Of a DNA stretch of 64,000 nucleotides, positions 46,601-55,901 are shown piece by piece (the first letter of the stretch is position 1; each line of letters opens with the position of its first letter). Made by a program: the position numbers and the translations under genes. The notes under the pieces were generated by a model. The model ran no database searches and was not told the origin of the DNA. It saw only the letters and a list, made by a program, of their open reading frames with translations. The DNA lies in IMG/VR virus record IMGVR_UViG_3300020577_009322, positions 91,464-155,463 of that record. One strand, given 5' to 3'. This stretch comes from a virus. Lineage: Duplodnaviria; Caudoviricetes.

Positions 46601-49385
46601 GAACTTAAATAGAGCTTTAGCTGACGAAGCATGGAAAAATCAACATATTGATAAATTAACTTTTGTTTCTTATCGTATTCCAACAAATAATAACAACTTT
46701 ATTGATCATGTAGAAATTATGGAATTTTTACCTGAATCTGCAGGTAATATTATTATTGCACCACCTGAACATATTATTAAGACAGGTAGTGACTTTGATG
46801 TGGATAAAAGTAATTTAATATTTCCATCTATAGATAGTAAAGGTAATTTAGTATCCTTACCTACACGCTCTATTAAAGAGATTCAGGAGGAAATTAATAA
46901 AATTACGTACTCTCAGAAGGATTATAAGAAGTTACAAAGAGATATTAGAAATGACTTAGCTAATATCAAAAGTAGACATGATAAAGCAGAAAATAAATGG
47001 AATAAATTACAAAATACATTAAGAGATATTTATTTTAATATAGATGGAACTGGATATAGTGGATTAGTATCAGCTGGAAAAACTATATATGAAATAAATA
47101 AAGAATTTGAGAATTCCCTGGATGAAGGATCTGCTAAATTATTGGCACAATTTGAAAAATTAGACGAGTCATTAAAAGATGCTGGATATATTACTTATCC
47201 AAAAATAGATCATAACTTTGAAAGTTTATTTAGAGAATTGACTTCTTACAAGGATTATTATACTAATGAGATGCTTTCTTCTATGAAAGAAACATTACAG
47301 GATCCTGCTTATTTTAGAATGTTAACTACTCCTTCCAACGCTGATTATCTTTTAGATGAAGCAAAAAAAATAGGAGAATTAACAGGAAGAAAAACAAAAG
47401 ATGGATTATCTTCTTCAGATAATACTAAACAAACTACTGTAAATACAAAAGGTGAAGAATATTTAGGAGCTAATATTGGTCCATATTCTATTCAAAGAAG
47501 ATGGTTTTCTCTTCTTAACTTCTCTAAAATGGAGTTAAATAGACAGTGGAGTTATAAGACAGCTGCTAAAGAATATGCTATGAGAATAGTTACTCCCTTA
47601 GCAGGAAATGTTAATGAAAGAGAACAGTTAGGAACTAATGAAAATATAAGAATGTATGGAGATAACTTAGATGGTATTTCTCCTAGAGATCTATGGGATC
47701 AAATGATGACATTGACTATTGATCTACCTTCTAATACATCTTATGTATTATTTGGAATTAATAACTCTAACAAGAAAGTTGTTCAATATTTAATGGCTTC
47801 AAGATATAGTTTTCCAAAAATTATGAAGTTTATTAACCAACCTGTTTTACAAGAAGTATATAAATTATATGATAAAAGATCTAAAGAATTACCTACTTAT
47901 TCCTTAAAGAATGCTCTAGTAGAAGTATCTAAAAAATATGATGTTACAGAAGGGAATTTTATAGATTTACAAGATAAAAATATTATAAAAGACACAGAAG
48001 GAAATGAGATATCTGGTAATGCTTACTTACAAAATCCTGGTGTTTTTGCTAGTAAATTACTTAATGATGATATAACATTCTCTGAAGACGATATGAAAGA
48101 GGATATAATTAATCCACTTCGTACTAAAGATTTTATTCAGAGACAGAAAAATATTTTACTATATTTTATGACGGCTCATCTTGAAGCTAGCCAATTTACT
48201 TCTATGCAGTTTGCCTTCTCTGAAGACAGAAATAAGAATACTAACTATTTTACTATTAGAGAAAATGATAAAGCTAAAGATAGAATAAGAGGAAATGAGG
48301 ATGATATATCAGAAAATGATAGTATGTTTAGTAAACAAGCCCTGATAAAGTTAGAGAAACAATCTATTTATGCTCCATTTACTTATTCTAAGATAGCAAA
48401 ATTATTCTATAGACAATATGCTAAAGAGTTTACTAACTTGGATGTCTCTCTGCCTATAGAGAAATTATTAGCACAAACTAATACCTGGGGTATAGATAAA
48501 CAATTACTAGCCACTCGTATTGAGGGTGATTTTATTGAATTTATATATAAGAACTTTGCACAATTTGATATTGATATATATAATCCTTATAGTGATAAGA
48601 TAGAAAGAAGTGATAAGAAATTTAGTGATTTCTTTATGCAGAATATCTTTAATACAGAAGTAGATCCTGAGTTTAGAAGTTATAGTGATAAATTGATAAA
48701 GTTCCTGGAGAAATATCCAGAATTAAATCATATTCAGTTTGTACAAAAAATCTATCCTGAGGGACAACCTGCAAGAGAAGTTAATGAAAATTCCAATCCT
48801 TTAGATAAATACTCTTCTTCTACTATTAGATTTAGAAGAAGTCAGGATAATACTATTACTGAAAGAAATCACTTTTCTAATGAATTAGAGAATTTGATGG
48901 TATTTAATCCAGAACTATTTCAATTAAAAGAAAGATATACTGAACAGGATAGAAAGAATATATCTTCTTTCTTTACTGAACTAGCTTATCTTACCCTTTA
49001 TCAAAGTGGTCCGACAAATATTGCTGATAACTTCTCAGATTTATTACCAGCTAATTTCTGGAAAGATTTTTCAGGAAAGGCATTTGAGAATTATCATAAA
49101 GCAATTACTGATGGAACAGTTACTCATAAAACCCTTATGAAATTATTCAGTATGTTATATACTGAAAATAATCCAAAAGTTCCTTGGAAATCAGCTAAAA
49201 TGGTTTATGATATTAGATATTATGGTGAACAGTTATCAACTGAAGTTAAACAAAGTATGTATAGAAACAAAAAAATATATAAATTTACAAATTATTTTCT
49301 TAACTTTAGGGCTGGAAAAATGTATGATTTTAACAGATTTATAAAAAATAATCAATTCTTGGGAATCAAGGAGATTAAATGCTAA
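37659..49385 (+). CDS. Giant virion RNA polymerase polyprotein (fragment 3) with zincin and PD-(D/E)xK domains
   Basis: GSDFDVDK catalytic loop (46791-46805), RIP and ADGQ motifs; HEYAH and HEGWH...EEFLAD zincins; GEIDLVL...IADFKT nuclease. Confidence 0.88.
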   Translation: MACKYIFNGIEYKDKQTFIEEFVKPNFINQPKTLRVQEYQSDYFQKLRNDFTFNGEKHFIIIDSTGKKHYYINKEGKKATPDKYEVSSNEYNKAFDAFIDAGGDNQFLALLHKNDNWITFGIKAIIQNAAKQGFSKILFPTGNTASKVEGHTTLEEFKKQKEDRIKELENKLKEISTDEFFNKTYKIVDNQIHKKESTKEYPNLAFTTKVYSEKEAKEVAYEFMSKSSKQEIAQLKQELERVETEGFAALKPIYNFYENTVSNILKKQGYNTKVVTDEYGNTWNEVNINQVRDLAEVLLQRNEANQIIGQANIKAMTVLIDAINQKQDTLPHEYAHHYIAWFRNTPIVQEAIKKWGSEEALVQSIGEQVIKQKGEAYNWWNNFVKWVMNQFNSLSKLQKEELTQILTDAFLTRQDLGSKQDIEGFKTFVDKINAKYDAELAALDKEEKKPVGKELTKEEKNFIDSIKGLDTSKLGVFKVLVDTLNDPDSTIEDKQQTIKELAEQLADKRSEESLGSALGQKASDALYNYIDKNNIKVEPVVIKSEPQEFDETIPPTTPKRQEVVGYGPIGENLISILIDKARESGLFTFDSTNPEEIDKIEDDHMILKTASDPLALRHHMIMEKLDSIFAKDTTDKDNFKVKLEFINDNNKDWFYKKDDRKRNEEAIIAVIVDNDGNYHYFDKMGNLTTKELGSPFAVEYRDLFYTSEYLTSSRNNLGDKTLTTITPNYKGDKHPLSKIYTLIGNNIPVYGSIKGITAGVLSSLNATNSFNNTTKSSYKTRPLQELFDKGELDEQLISVKVDKGFYLDYSPTSDNQMIKVGRPTVIDYKTGLSIPLIGRKVKDLTFNGQKIDKSSQMYEVIDWLDKKGKISLDSLRPDKTRIIATLDDIDNIYHFLRELLYSKLFYVSQSSPDTIEIKRNMNKDKSAVSLWDAEINYVDKRGPLISIPFTSAIDESGNTVGGKMDYEDFLRENFETGAIQATISSNDKRFTKLNKRVIFGLDDSYSDMLNKLDNKTIRTEDIKVGDRFSPNKDLSRQYEVIEVDEDRITLHDEVNDEDKSINAKDLVKSWQKVEKIVEPEPIVYNDSQKATIKKIKELSVPKEKSTYRVTTLARPSQVKKTSGSSSTVMGNVIDYIAKNIFSGNKVTAEDDISMLDQNGSKITGKLGSYFLGKTNLEDTISKLVSIKESLEKEYAFVSGVRVRDEETNTGGEIDLVLINNKGEAIIADFKTAGQLFDDAHLEQHYNTGVTDKEYFATQAYLYGLMLEKQTGIKVLSEKIVIGLPISFSEGKNNIYESKIKEIKKKDNYIVSLSDANISGYYKVDNKPFTSVKKIVDKYNEVIKQNAITPEEGLDALTGKKKRGKPLEMNIKGIMGITASNEALQRAIDHMSSMFGEEFIVTFSNTMNKFKYGEWTTNGTILYKNAIIDTPYHEGWHQFSQLFLTRAEKLKMYKSLRDQAISYIDRDGEKRNTSDHYDLEIEEFLADEWVKYVKSPSSYKFPGKYKGILGFFRDLWRLIKNFFSSTHSPEILFKDLYNGNLTNYTKDINNALWGNLTSSILDSEGNEILNHVRTNLYIQTTSYFIGEVLRENNKSFSWLRQNSKNEYIKDNIFDKFVDLQADRLSKLSQESNLLHKVLTDPDSVLQKTVKEKNIPEQEVTRYIAQIQEIENLLADENNAFNRFYDYYLKNSDIDTLREGNDREEILDPLDTEEIREILEEDGETEAQEYDEDTPYQKGYNEGPNEKNPFTKASKEVQDFHRTMPIVIGYDEDNNPTYLTNELGIPLTYDYASIFNMTKSILSGKDNIEDIIAKLSDPYVIKVFPQARYIKEKLQGYITNTTPENFSFLQRYVKIMGMPEVDNKKLTVNEDAFKYEGLDKTLVKVRSLSRTGEISDINQWTYQFKRPSDEREAIKLDDTLSPYDIFSSNNILFNVEGQLWLNPFVDYSVIKANMTSKKFLSLMGIELNDTFWDNPYSTPFADKVVSYLLNDLITYREYLGSLLQRDKGSMSDEELDEFLVSKNPNPMAVKAIIKDYFINNPIQQFRERKTYKYGDKILETFSIHTLLEDLSRQNSLYSLNAPSRSFTDGGGKTKWPYYEPSLITRRTQLLNNIENIGQFDNNLEMLSLNPNKNPWLKNTLFYKVMFDSEGNRAYVSKKNKTGIYDDEKIRIDLADLSCYENISEGFYTRKHPKDLSAVDKLFFDTVTLITDGWLEVPRAATSSSIFAIKLNSYNSVPKGTGVVSQYLPINVTSSAVFSGERFRGIMRGYLTGELQKLKWYFDNNPNAEDLSKKMDDPSRNYFAHNLNVFKDILSPELAKTLIEATQNMSGKNKYDNIKQLVEDNKDAFHTDLSKYFVKYVADLMNSKENANYNAMSNKQKKVLRNILSLYQDKSKSQDIQDVERDKQIASILQETGGKSSALSSKESAKGKIDSAMNIVAAIFATNQFILNIEYHNWYMGDNYLFANPFKRGNLTTNTGTMAIVSPHVNEILNSLKENTMHYIYTGNKEGRDYRILNTIPLKEMVVESKYYDMMINDVINWEKMFNPFLNISNRKIELEKAYSAYKDIKAADGQAKIGLDAYRRLRIIYGNWDNSTDEKEYMRQLAILRVRKNLYFDEKRNPLTADAREEAIKRDQKLIDAGPHSSFNPQKFAYTGPEIIKDSKGNPISAPMRTKFDKTSLHPLLPEVLAGSGLGDEHLMNEMAKNDIDYAKFESASKGVKHNDIVDFYTEEGMAQPNIKLEDHTPEFLLSSFLKNQLSTDGMYTENTFGSQQRVMFFDVIYQAEVQGNPALLKKLTSLQNKFLQSVNNIMDYQRAQFLNRFGMEESGSGQSYKVDIIDNERFAAAVNSLAKTNNFPDNMMEYLKFDPSTSTYTFDPSLVFNRKVLIDTIGGLLDGELRRLKTKGAAAIQVTSGGNTYNRFTNPTEEQIKKFGTNGLHYYHIKNDDKGNPLRISTMGVKLTLQGDFKNLLNLNWNGKQIKTLKNLNRALADEAWKNQHIDKLTFVSYRIPTNNNNFIDHVEIMEFLPESAGNIIIAPPEHIIKTGSDFDVDKSNLIFPSIDSKGNLVSLPTRSIKEIQEEINKITYSQKDYKKLQRDIRNDLANIKSRHDKAENKWNKLQNTLRDIYFNIDGTGYSGLVSAGKTIYEINKEFENSLDEGSAKLLAQFEKLDESLKDAGYITYPKIDHNFESLFRELTSYKDYYTNEMLSSMKETLQDPAYFRMLTTPSNADYLLDEAKKIGELTGRKTKDGLSSSDNTKQTTVNTKGEEYLGANIGPYSIQRRWFSLLNFSKMELNRQWSYKTAAKEYAMRIVTPLAGNVNEREQLGTNENIRMYGDNLDGISPRDLWDQMMTLTIDLPSNTSYVLFGINNSNKKVVQYLMASRYSFPKIMKFINQPVLQEVYKLYDKRSKELPTYSLKNALVEVSKKYDVTEGNFIDLQDKNIIKDTEGNEISGNAYLQNPGVFASKLLNDDITFSEDDMKEDIINPLRTKDFIQRQKNILLYFMTAHLEASQFTSMQFAFSEDRNKNTNYFTIRENDKAKDRIRGNEDDISENDSMFSKQALIKLEKQSIYAPFTYSKIAKLFYRQYAKEFTNLDVSLPIEKLLAQTNTWGIDKQLLATRIEGDFIEFIYKNFAQFDIDIYNPYSDKIERSDKKFSDFFMQNIFNTEVDPEFRSYSDKLIKFLEKYPELNHIQFVQKIYPEGQPAREVNENSNPLDKYSSSTIRFRRSQDNTITERNHFSNELENLMVFNPELFQLKERYTEQDRKNISSFFTELAYLTLYQSGPTNIADNFSDLLPANFWKDFSGKAFENYHKAITDGTVTHKTLMKLFSMLYTENNPKVPWKSAKMVYDIRYYGEQLSTEVKQSMYRNKKIYKFTNYFLNFRAGKMYDFNRFIKNNQFLGIKEIKC
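38948..38988 (+). repeat. 41-bp direct repeat, copy 2
   Basis: taaaatcaatgctaaatatgatgcagaattagctgcattag. Confidence 0.9.
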
Positions 49386-49388
49386 TTT

Positions 49389-52300
49389 ATGGCTTATTGT
49401 AATATAGAAAATTACTTCCTTGGAAGGAAATTAGATAGTATGTTTTCTGAACATAACAGAAACATTATATCAAACATAATTGCTTCTGAAGATTTTAAGA
49501 AATGGTTTGGTAAAGGAAAAGTAGATATTGATGGTAATCCATTGATAGACAATATGTTATCTTTTACTAATGAGAAGGGAGAGAAAAGAACGCTATTTGA
49601 TTTAGATATTCAATTTGAGGGGAAGGGGGAAGTATATAAATTTGTTTCTTCTCTACCAGGAGTTCGTTTATATAACAGTACTTTATTTATAAATAATACA
49701 GTAAAAGGGACCGATGGTCATTTTTTAGCTAAAGATGCTGCAAAATCTATTAATGTAATTAATTATTACTATCCAAATCTACTATCTGTAGATATATATC
49801 AAAGACAAGGATTATCACAATTCTCAAAAGACAAAAGTATACCTTTACCAATAATAACTGTTAATGAAATAAATAGAACTGGTACCTTATTCTCTATTCA
49901 TGAGACAATGGTACCAGCTGAGTCTAAAAGTAATGAGCAAGTATTTTCTCAAATAAAATCTATAGATGAGTTAAAAGCTATTCAGAATACTCTTGATGAA
50001 TACAGACAATATGGTATTACTGAAGCAAACTATATGAATCTTGTTGAAAATAACAAAATCTCTGAGAAAACATATAATAAATTAAGAGATTTCCTTATTA
50101 AATTAAATCCATCTTTTAAGATAGAGGAAATGGATAATTTATCTGAAAATGGTAAAGCTTATATATCTCAATTCTTAATTCAGATCGATAGTGAGGCTAA
50201 GTATGAAGCTATGCCTGAAGAAGTAGCCCACTTCTTCGTTGAGCTATTGCCACAGGATAGTAAGTTAAGAATGGATATGATGGATAATATTACAGCTTTT
50301 GCTATATATCCAATTACATTAAATACATATAAGGAAAAGAAAGAATACCAAAAAGATAATGGTCAACCAGATTATGATAAGATAAAAAGAGAAGCTTCTG
50401 CAAAATTAATAGCAGAATATATCAAAAATCTATCTGAAGGCGACATGGCCTCTGCCAACCTTCTTCTGAAGACTAAAGATAATTTTATTAAAAGATGGTG
50501 GGATTCATTCATTAATTGGTTAAAGGATACTTTAAATCTAACTAGAAAAGAACGTTTTCATTCATATATGGAAGCAGCATCTGCTATTTTAGAAGGTAAT
50601 ATTGATTACTTAACAATGGATAATATTACAGAAAGTGCTAATAATGATGTCTTTTTTAGTTTGAGTGACAAAACTAAGATGGATATAGAGATGGGAAAGC
50701 ATATTCTAGATAATCTGACTAAACAGGGAAAGATTGGACATCTCCAAACTATTATTGATAAATTTAGAAGAGAATTACGTACAAACTTTATTAAGATAGT
50801 TAAAGAAGAAGGTTTTCAAGAATTAAATAATAAACTGTCTGACAAAGATACAGAAGTAAACTATCTTTCTGAATTATATGATATTATTAAGAAGGTTGAT
50901 GTTAGGGAAAGTAAATTAGACGATCTTGTTGCTTCTGATAGTCAAGTATTAAATTTCTCTCAATTTTTACATGTTATCCAACATATGGATAATGTAGCTC
51001 ATGCTATTGATGGATTAGTTGATCAATATACTGCAGATGGTAAGATGGAAAGTATTGCAGAATTACAATCCTTTATGGATATTTACTCAAATTTTAAATC
51101 TTTTGTTGATACTGATTTTGCTTCTTTATTAGCAGGAAGTGATGTTGAGTTAGAAGTAATTGCTCGTATTAAAAGTTCTATGGTTACATTCTCTGCCTTA
51201 CAAGATAAGATAATAAATAAATTAAGAGACACATTTACTGTATTCTATTCTAAATTATTAAAGCCTTATAACCAGGTAATATTAGATAAATTCTCAGAGG
51301 AAATTAAAAAGTCCTTTCTTTTCCAAGAAAGAAGAAATCCTGCACACGAACAAGCCATTATCTCTTCTGTAGAGAAATTTAGAAAGAATTTAATAGATAA
51401 TATGGATCTTTTTAAAGCCAAAGAAATTTTACTTTTAGAACTAAAAAGTGGTGGAATATCTGATAAAGTATTAAATTCAGCTTTAATATCCGAATTATTA
51501 AATCAAATTAATAATTTACATACTCCGGATAGTATGGTTCGAGATTTTATGAAAGGTTTAGGAAAACCTATTGATTTGACTAGTGAAGCTTTACATATGG
51601 TTTCAGCAGCTATTAAAAATCATGATATGATGGTTTCTAGTGCAGCAAATTTTATAGTAGAAAAGAGAACAGAGGGTCAACAGCTGGCCTTATATGCAAC
51701 AAAAGCATTTGCGCATACAGTAGCTCCTACACTAGAAAGACTTAATCAGTTAGGATTTGATGAATATAAAAGTGGAGAAGCTATTACATATATTGATTAT
51801 ATAACAGATATGTCTGTAGATGAAAAAACAGGAAAACCTAAATATAAAGATAACAAGAGACCAGTTGTAAAATTCTTAAGTCCAACATTAAATTCTGCAT
51901 ATATAGAGCAAGAGAGATTATTAAAGATTAAGAATGATTTATATACAGAATATTTAAAAGATCCTAATAGTGAAGAGGGTAAAAGATTAAAAGAAGAAGT
52001 TGCTAAGGCCAGAAGGGAATATATTAACTTTAATGATAACTATATGAATAGTCCTTTCACTAAAGAATATACTGATTTTCAGAAGACTTGGGCTAGTAAT
52101 GACAAATTTCTAGAAATAAAAGAAAGATATAATAAGCTAAGTAATGAGATTAGAGAATTACAAAATTTCTTTGAGAATGATAAGAGAGATGATCAAGCTT
52201 ATAAAGCTTGGGTAAATAAAATAAGAGAAAGGGGACAATTACTTGATATAAAAGGAAAGAGTGATGAAGAGGTAGAAAGTATTAACTTACTTAAGCAATT

Positions 52301-55300
52301 CTTTGAGGAATCTAGTAAATTTAGAATTACTGATGATAGACAAACAGCAAGAAATTTCAATGTTGCTTTAAGTAACTATGATGCTCGTCTGGATACTGCT
52401 ATTGGGGAGTTCTTAAGAGAAGGAAAGAGAACCGGTAACTATGGATTAGATAATCTGGAAAGAATTATGCAGGAAAAGATGAAAGATAATACTCTACGTA
52501 TTAAGTTTCCTTATCTTCTGCAGATAAGGGATGAAGAGGAAAATCTATCCCCTGATCAGGTATTTACAGATGATGAAGTAGCATTAGTAAAGAAAATACT
52601 AATGGACAAATTTGAGAGTAGAAATAGAGTAAAAGTAAGAACTGATCACTATTATAAGATTAGAGATGGCATTTTAAAGGAAATTGAAGACTTAAAGGCA
52701 AAGAATGGTCTATCTGAGATAGACTTAATGATTACTGATTTATGGAAGGAAATGCAAGATTTAATGGTTAGTAAAAGTGATTTATATGGACAAAAGAATC
52801 CAGAATTACTCAGTGATGATCAATTAGCTAGAGTAGATGAATTAGAAGATAAAATTGATAATTTAAAGAAATATACAAGTAAAGAATACAAAATATATCA
52901 AATATTAGATAGTGTAAAAGAAAATCCTTCTTTTATTCCATATAAAGCATATATGGATGAGTATGAACAGTTAGCAAAGGATATTCAAGATTACATATTA
53001 GAGAGAAGTTCTATTAGTGAAAAGGATTTTAATAAGAAGGCTGAACGTCTGGCTTATTTAAATGAAGGATTAGAAGCTGAAGGTATAATAACTCCTGAAC
53101 AGAAAAAATCTGTTAAAGATATTCAATTAGCTTACTCGGATTTAGCTGCTCTATCGGAGAAGAAACCAACTGAAGCATATTGGGAGATTATGGATACTGC
53201 TATTCCAGCCTTTGAAAATATGCTTGAAAGAGAATTGAATAATAAAGATGCTGGTAATAAATATAGTCAATCAGAGATTGAAAATTTACAGTACTTATTG
53301 GATGGCCTAATAGAAGCAATTCATGGTAAAAATCATGAGTTACTTGATGAAATCATCAATGACGAATATTATGTTACTATTCAAAAACAAGGAAAAGCAC
53401 CTTCATATAGAAAGATAGAATTTATTAAATATTTGCAGTCATATATAGAGGATATTGATTCACCAATGGATATAGAAGCAGGAGATTTCTCTAACTGGTT
53501 TCTTTCCTCTCATAAAGAAGGAAAAGTATGGGTTAAACAATATGATGAGGAAGGAAATCAAATAAAACCTGCTCCAAGGGAACGTATCTTTAATAGAAGA
53601 ATGTATTATAATTATTCCGATCCTACTATGAGAGTAGATCCTACTGGTGGAATATTATATGAAAACAAAGAAGCAAAGAGATATAGAGCTACAAAAATAA
53701 ATGATGGTCCTATCTATAATGAAGATGGATCATTAAAATCAGAGACAGGATATAGAAAGAAACAGATATCTTGGAAAGATACAGATAATATGGAGGACTG
53801 GACTGTAGATAATAAATCTAACACTACTACTTATTTACCATTATCTAGAAAACAATTACAAGAGAATGGTAAAACTGATACTAAATACACAAATAATGAT
53901 TATTATAATTTAATTAATGCAAAAGATGAAAAAGGTCTTCTTCTACAAAAATATTTAACTGATTCTGTCAAGACATTTATGGAAGAACAAGAGAATAAAC
54001 CAGATAGAATTAAGAGCGGTCTAAATTTACCTGTAACTAATCTAGATGAATATCAAAGAATGAAGGAAGATCTTATTCATACTCAAGATAGAGTAAAAAG
54101 GGCTGGTCAAACTATTCAGTCATTATTTACTAAGAATGATGCTATTATGGCAGAGGATCAGATATCAGGAATTCAGCAAAAAAGAGATGTAGACGAATAT
54201 TCTCAATCTATAATTAACGAGAAGTTACCAGCTATGGGAATGAATGCTAAGTTACCTGTAGAGAGAGTAAATAGAAATGTATTACATGCAATAAATCAGT
54301 ATATTATTCATTCTAAAGATTTTGATGTCAGAAGTGATTTAAATCCATTTGTTAGAGCTCTAATAGAAGTAATGAAAAAGAATGAAGAACAAGGACATAG
54401 AAGTCAAGAAAAAACTAGAAAAATTTACGAGAAGATCTATAGTCAAATGATATTAGAAGAAATGCCTAGCAATGTTACTAATAATGCTCAGTTCAGAAAA
54501 GCTGTTAGTATTCTTCTAAAAATGACTGGTGTAAAGTTAGTAGCAGATGGTATTGGTGGTGGTATTAACTATCTACAAGCAAATATAAACAATATAATAG
54601 AGTCATTTGCCAGTGAACATGCTACACTAAGAAGTTATGGAGTAGGATATACTAAAGCTTCAGTTATGATGGGAGATTTATTTCAAGATTTCTCAAAGAA
54701 AGATAATTTTCACTATTGGACAATGATGTATCAAACCTTTGATTTTATTCAAGGAGAATGGGAAGAAGATATAACGGAAAGGGCATCTTCTAAAGATAAA
54801 AAATTTAACTATAAGAAGATCTTAATGTATCCTAGAAAGAATGGAGAATTACATGCCCAATCTGCTATGGCTATAGCTATATTAGATAATAATAAGATAA
54901 AGAATCAGATAGATGGTAAATTATATCCAATGTGGGATATATATAAGAAGGATGGAAATAATTTAGTAGTAAAAGATGGTTTCTGGAAAGATGAACAAAA
55001 TGAAGACGGTACAATAACCAGAACATACCCATATGATCCTCTAACTGGTTCAGAATTTAAAAGGGTAAAAGCTCTTATTCATAGTGTTAATATGGATCTA
55101 CATGGTAACTATGCTAAACTAAACCAAACAGAAGCATCACGTTATTCTATAGGTAAGTTGGCTGAGAATATGAAGAGATGGTTTGTTAGTAATCTACAGA
55201 GGAGATTTGGTAGAGAGGGTATTGATGTTGGTAAAGGGGATCTTGATCAGGGTTATTATTTAACTCCAGTAGTTGCTATCACTTCTATAGTAAAACAATT

Positions 55301-55901
55301 ATGGAAAAAGAATACTACAGAAGCCAATAACTACTTTAATTACTACTGGACAACTCCTAGAAAAAGAGAAAACCTTAAGCGCTTCTCTGCAGATATGACT
55401 TTAGCTATTGGATTATTTATGTTAACTACGTTAGGTTTTGGATACGATAATGATGATCCTGATAAAAATAAAAAATTGACCAATTCATCATGGTTATATA
55501 ATGAGTCCCTTCTACTATTTTTAAGGACATATGCTGAACATACTGCATTTATTCCAGTTCCTCCGTTCGGATTTACTGAAATGACAAGAAATCTACTAGA
55601 TCCCTTCTCTGTAGTTAAAGGTTCTGTTGGTAACGCAGCTGGTGCTATATCCTTAACAATGTTTACTTTACTATATAAGTTAGGATTTGATTCATTCAAA
55701 AATAACTCTATCTATAGTAAAGATACGGGAGCAGGAAAAGGTCCAACTATACCACTTTTGGATGATATATTTATTCATGGTAAAGAAGGTGATTATAAAT
55801 TAGCTAACTATATAGCTAAGTTATTTGGTTATAATGGATCACAAGTGGATCCTGTATTCTATATTAAAAACTTTGAAAACTTACAAAATCGTCTTAAGTA
55901 A
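49389..55901 (+). CDS. Giant virion cargo protein (degenerate zincin, hydrophobic C-terminus)
   Basis: 2170 aa; PEEVAHF; LHGNY...RW...QRRF; TM-like C-terminal helices. Confidence 0.75.
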   Translation: MAYCNIENYFLGRKLDSMFSEHNRNIISNIIASEDFKKWFGKGKVDIDGNPLIDNMLSFTNEKGEKRTLFDLDIQFEGKGEVYKFVSSLPGVRLYNSTLFINNTVKGTDGHFLAKDAAKSINVINYYYPNLLSVDIYQRQGLSQFSKDKSIPLPIITVNEINRTGTLFSIHETMVPAESKSNEQVFSQIKSIDELKAIQNTLDEYRQYGITEANYMNLVENNKISEKTYNKLRDFLIKLNPSFKIEEMDNLSENGKAYISQFLIQIDSEAKYEAMPEEVAHFFVELLPQDSKLRMDMMDNITAFAIYPITLNTYKEKKEYQKDNGQPDYDKIKREASAKLIAEYIKNLSEGDMASANLLLKTKDNFIKRWWDSFINWLKDTLNLTRKERFHSYMEAASAILEGNIDYLTMDNITESANNDVFFSLSDKTKMDIEMGKHILDNLTKQGKIGHLQTIIDKFRRELRTNFIKIVKEEGFQELNNKLSDKDTEVNYLSELYDIIKKVDVRESKLDDLVASDSQVLNFSQFLHVIQHMDNVAHAIDGLVDQYTADGKMESIAELQSFMDIYSNFKSFVDTDFASLLAGSDVELEVIARIKSSMVTFSALQDKIINKLRDTFTVFYSKLLKPYNQVILDKFSEEIKKSFLFQERRNPAHEQAIISSVEKFRKNLIDNMDLFKAKEILLLELKSGGISDKVLNSALISELLNQINNLHTPDSMVRDFMKGLGKPIDLTSEALHMVSAAIKNHDMMVSSAANFIVEKRTEGQQLALYATKAFAHTVAPTLERLNQLGFDEYKSGEAITYIDYITDMSVDEKTGKPKYKDNKRPVVKFLSPTLNSAYIEQERLLKIKNDLYTEYLKDPNSEEGKRLKEEVAKARREYINFNDNYMNSPFTKEYTDFQKTWASNDKFLEIKERYNKLSNEIRELQNFFENDKRDDQAYKAWVNKIRERGQLLDIKGKSDEEVESINLLKQFFEESSKFRITDDRQTARNFNVALSNYDARLDTAIGEFLREGKRTGNYGLDNLERIMQEKMKDNTLRIKFPYLLQIRDEEENLSPDQVFTDDEVALVKKILMDKFESRNRVKVRTDHYYKIRDGILKEIEDLKAKNGLSEIDLMITDLWKEMQDLMVSKSDLYGQKNPELLSDDQLARVDELEDKIDNLKKYTSKEYKIYQILDSVKENPSFIPYKAYMDEYEQLAKDIQDYILERSSISEKDFNKKAERLAYLNEGLEAEGIITPEQKKSVKDIQLAYSDLAALSEKKPTEAYWEIMDTAIPAFENMLERELNNKDAGNKYSQSEIENLQYLLDGLIEAIHGKNHELLDEIINDEYYVTIQKQGKAPSYRKIEFIKYLQSYIEDIDSPMDIEAGDFSNWFLSSHKEGKVWVKQYDEEGNQIKPAPRERIFNRRMYYNYSDPTMRVDPTGGILYENKEAKRYRATKINDGPIYNEDGSLKSETGYRKKQISWKDTDNMEDWTVDNKSNTTTYLPLSRKQLQENGKTDTKYTNNDYYNLINAKDEKGLLLQKYLTDSVKTFMEEQENKPDRIKSGLNLPVTNLDEYQRMKEDLIHTQDRVKRAGQTIQSLFTKNDAIMAEDQISGIQQKRDVDEYSQSIINEKLPAMGMNAKLPVERVNRNVLHAINQYIIHSKDFDVRSDLNPFVRALIEVMKKNEEQGHRSQEKTRKIYEKIYSQMILEEMPSNVTNNAQFRKAVSILLKMTGVKLVADGIGGGINYLQANINNIIESFASEHATLRSYGVGYTKASVMMGDLFQDFSKKDNFHYWTMMYQTFDFIQGEWEEDITERASSKDKKFNYKKILMYPRKNGELHAQSAMAIAILDNNKIKNQIDGKLYPMWDIYKKDGNNLVVKDGFWKDEQNEDGTITRTYPYDPLTGSEFKRVKALIHSVNMDLHGNYAKLNQTEASRYSIGKLAENMKRWFVSNLQRRFGREGIDVGKGDLDQGYYLTPVVAITSIVKQLWKKNTTEANNYFNYYWTTPRKRENLKRFSADMTLAIGLFMLTTLGFGYDNDDPDKNKKLTNSSWLYNESLLLFLRTYAEHTAFIPVPPFGFTEMTRNLLDPFSVVKGSVGNAAGAISLTMFTLLYKLGFDSFKNNSIYSKDTGAGKGPTIPLLDDIFIHGKEGDYKLANYIAKLFGYNGSQVDPVFYIKNFENLQNRLK

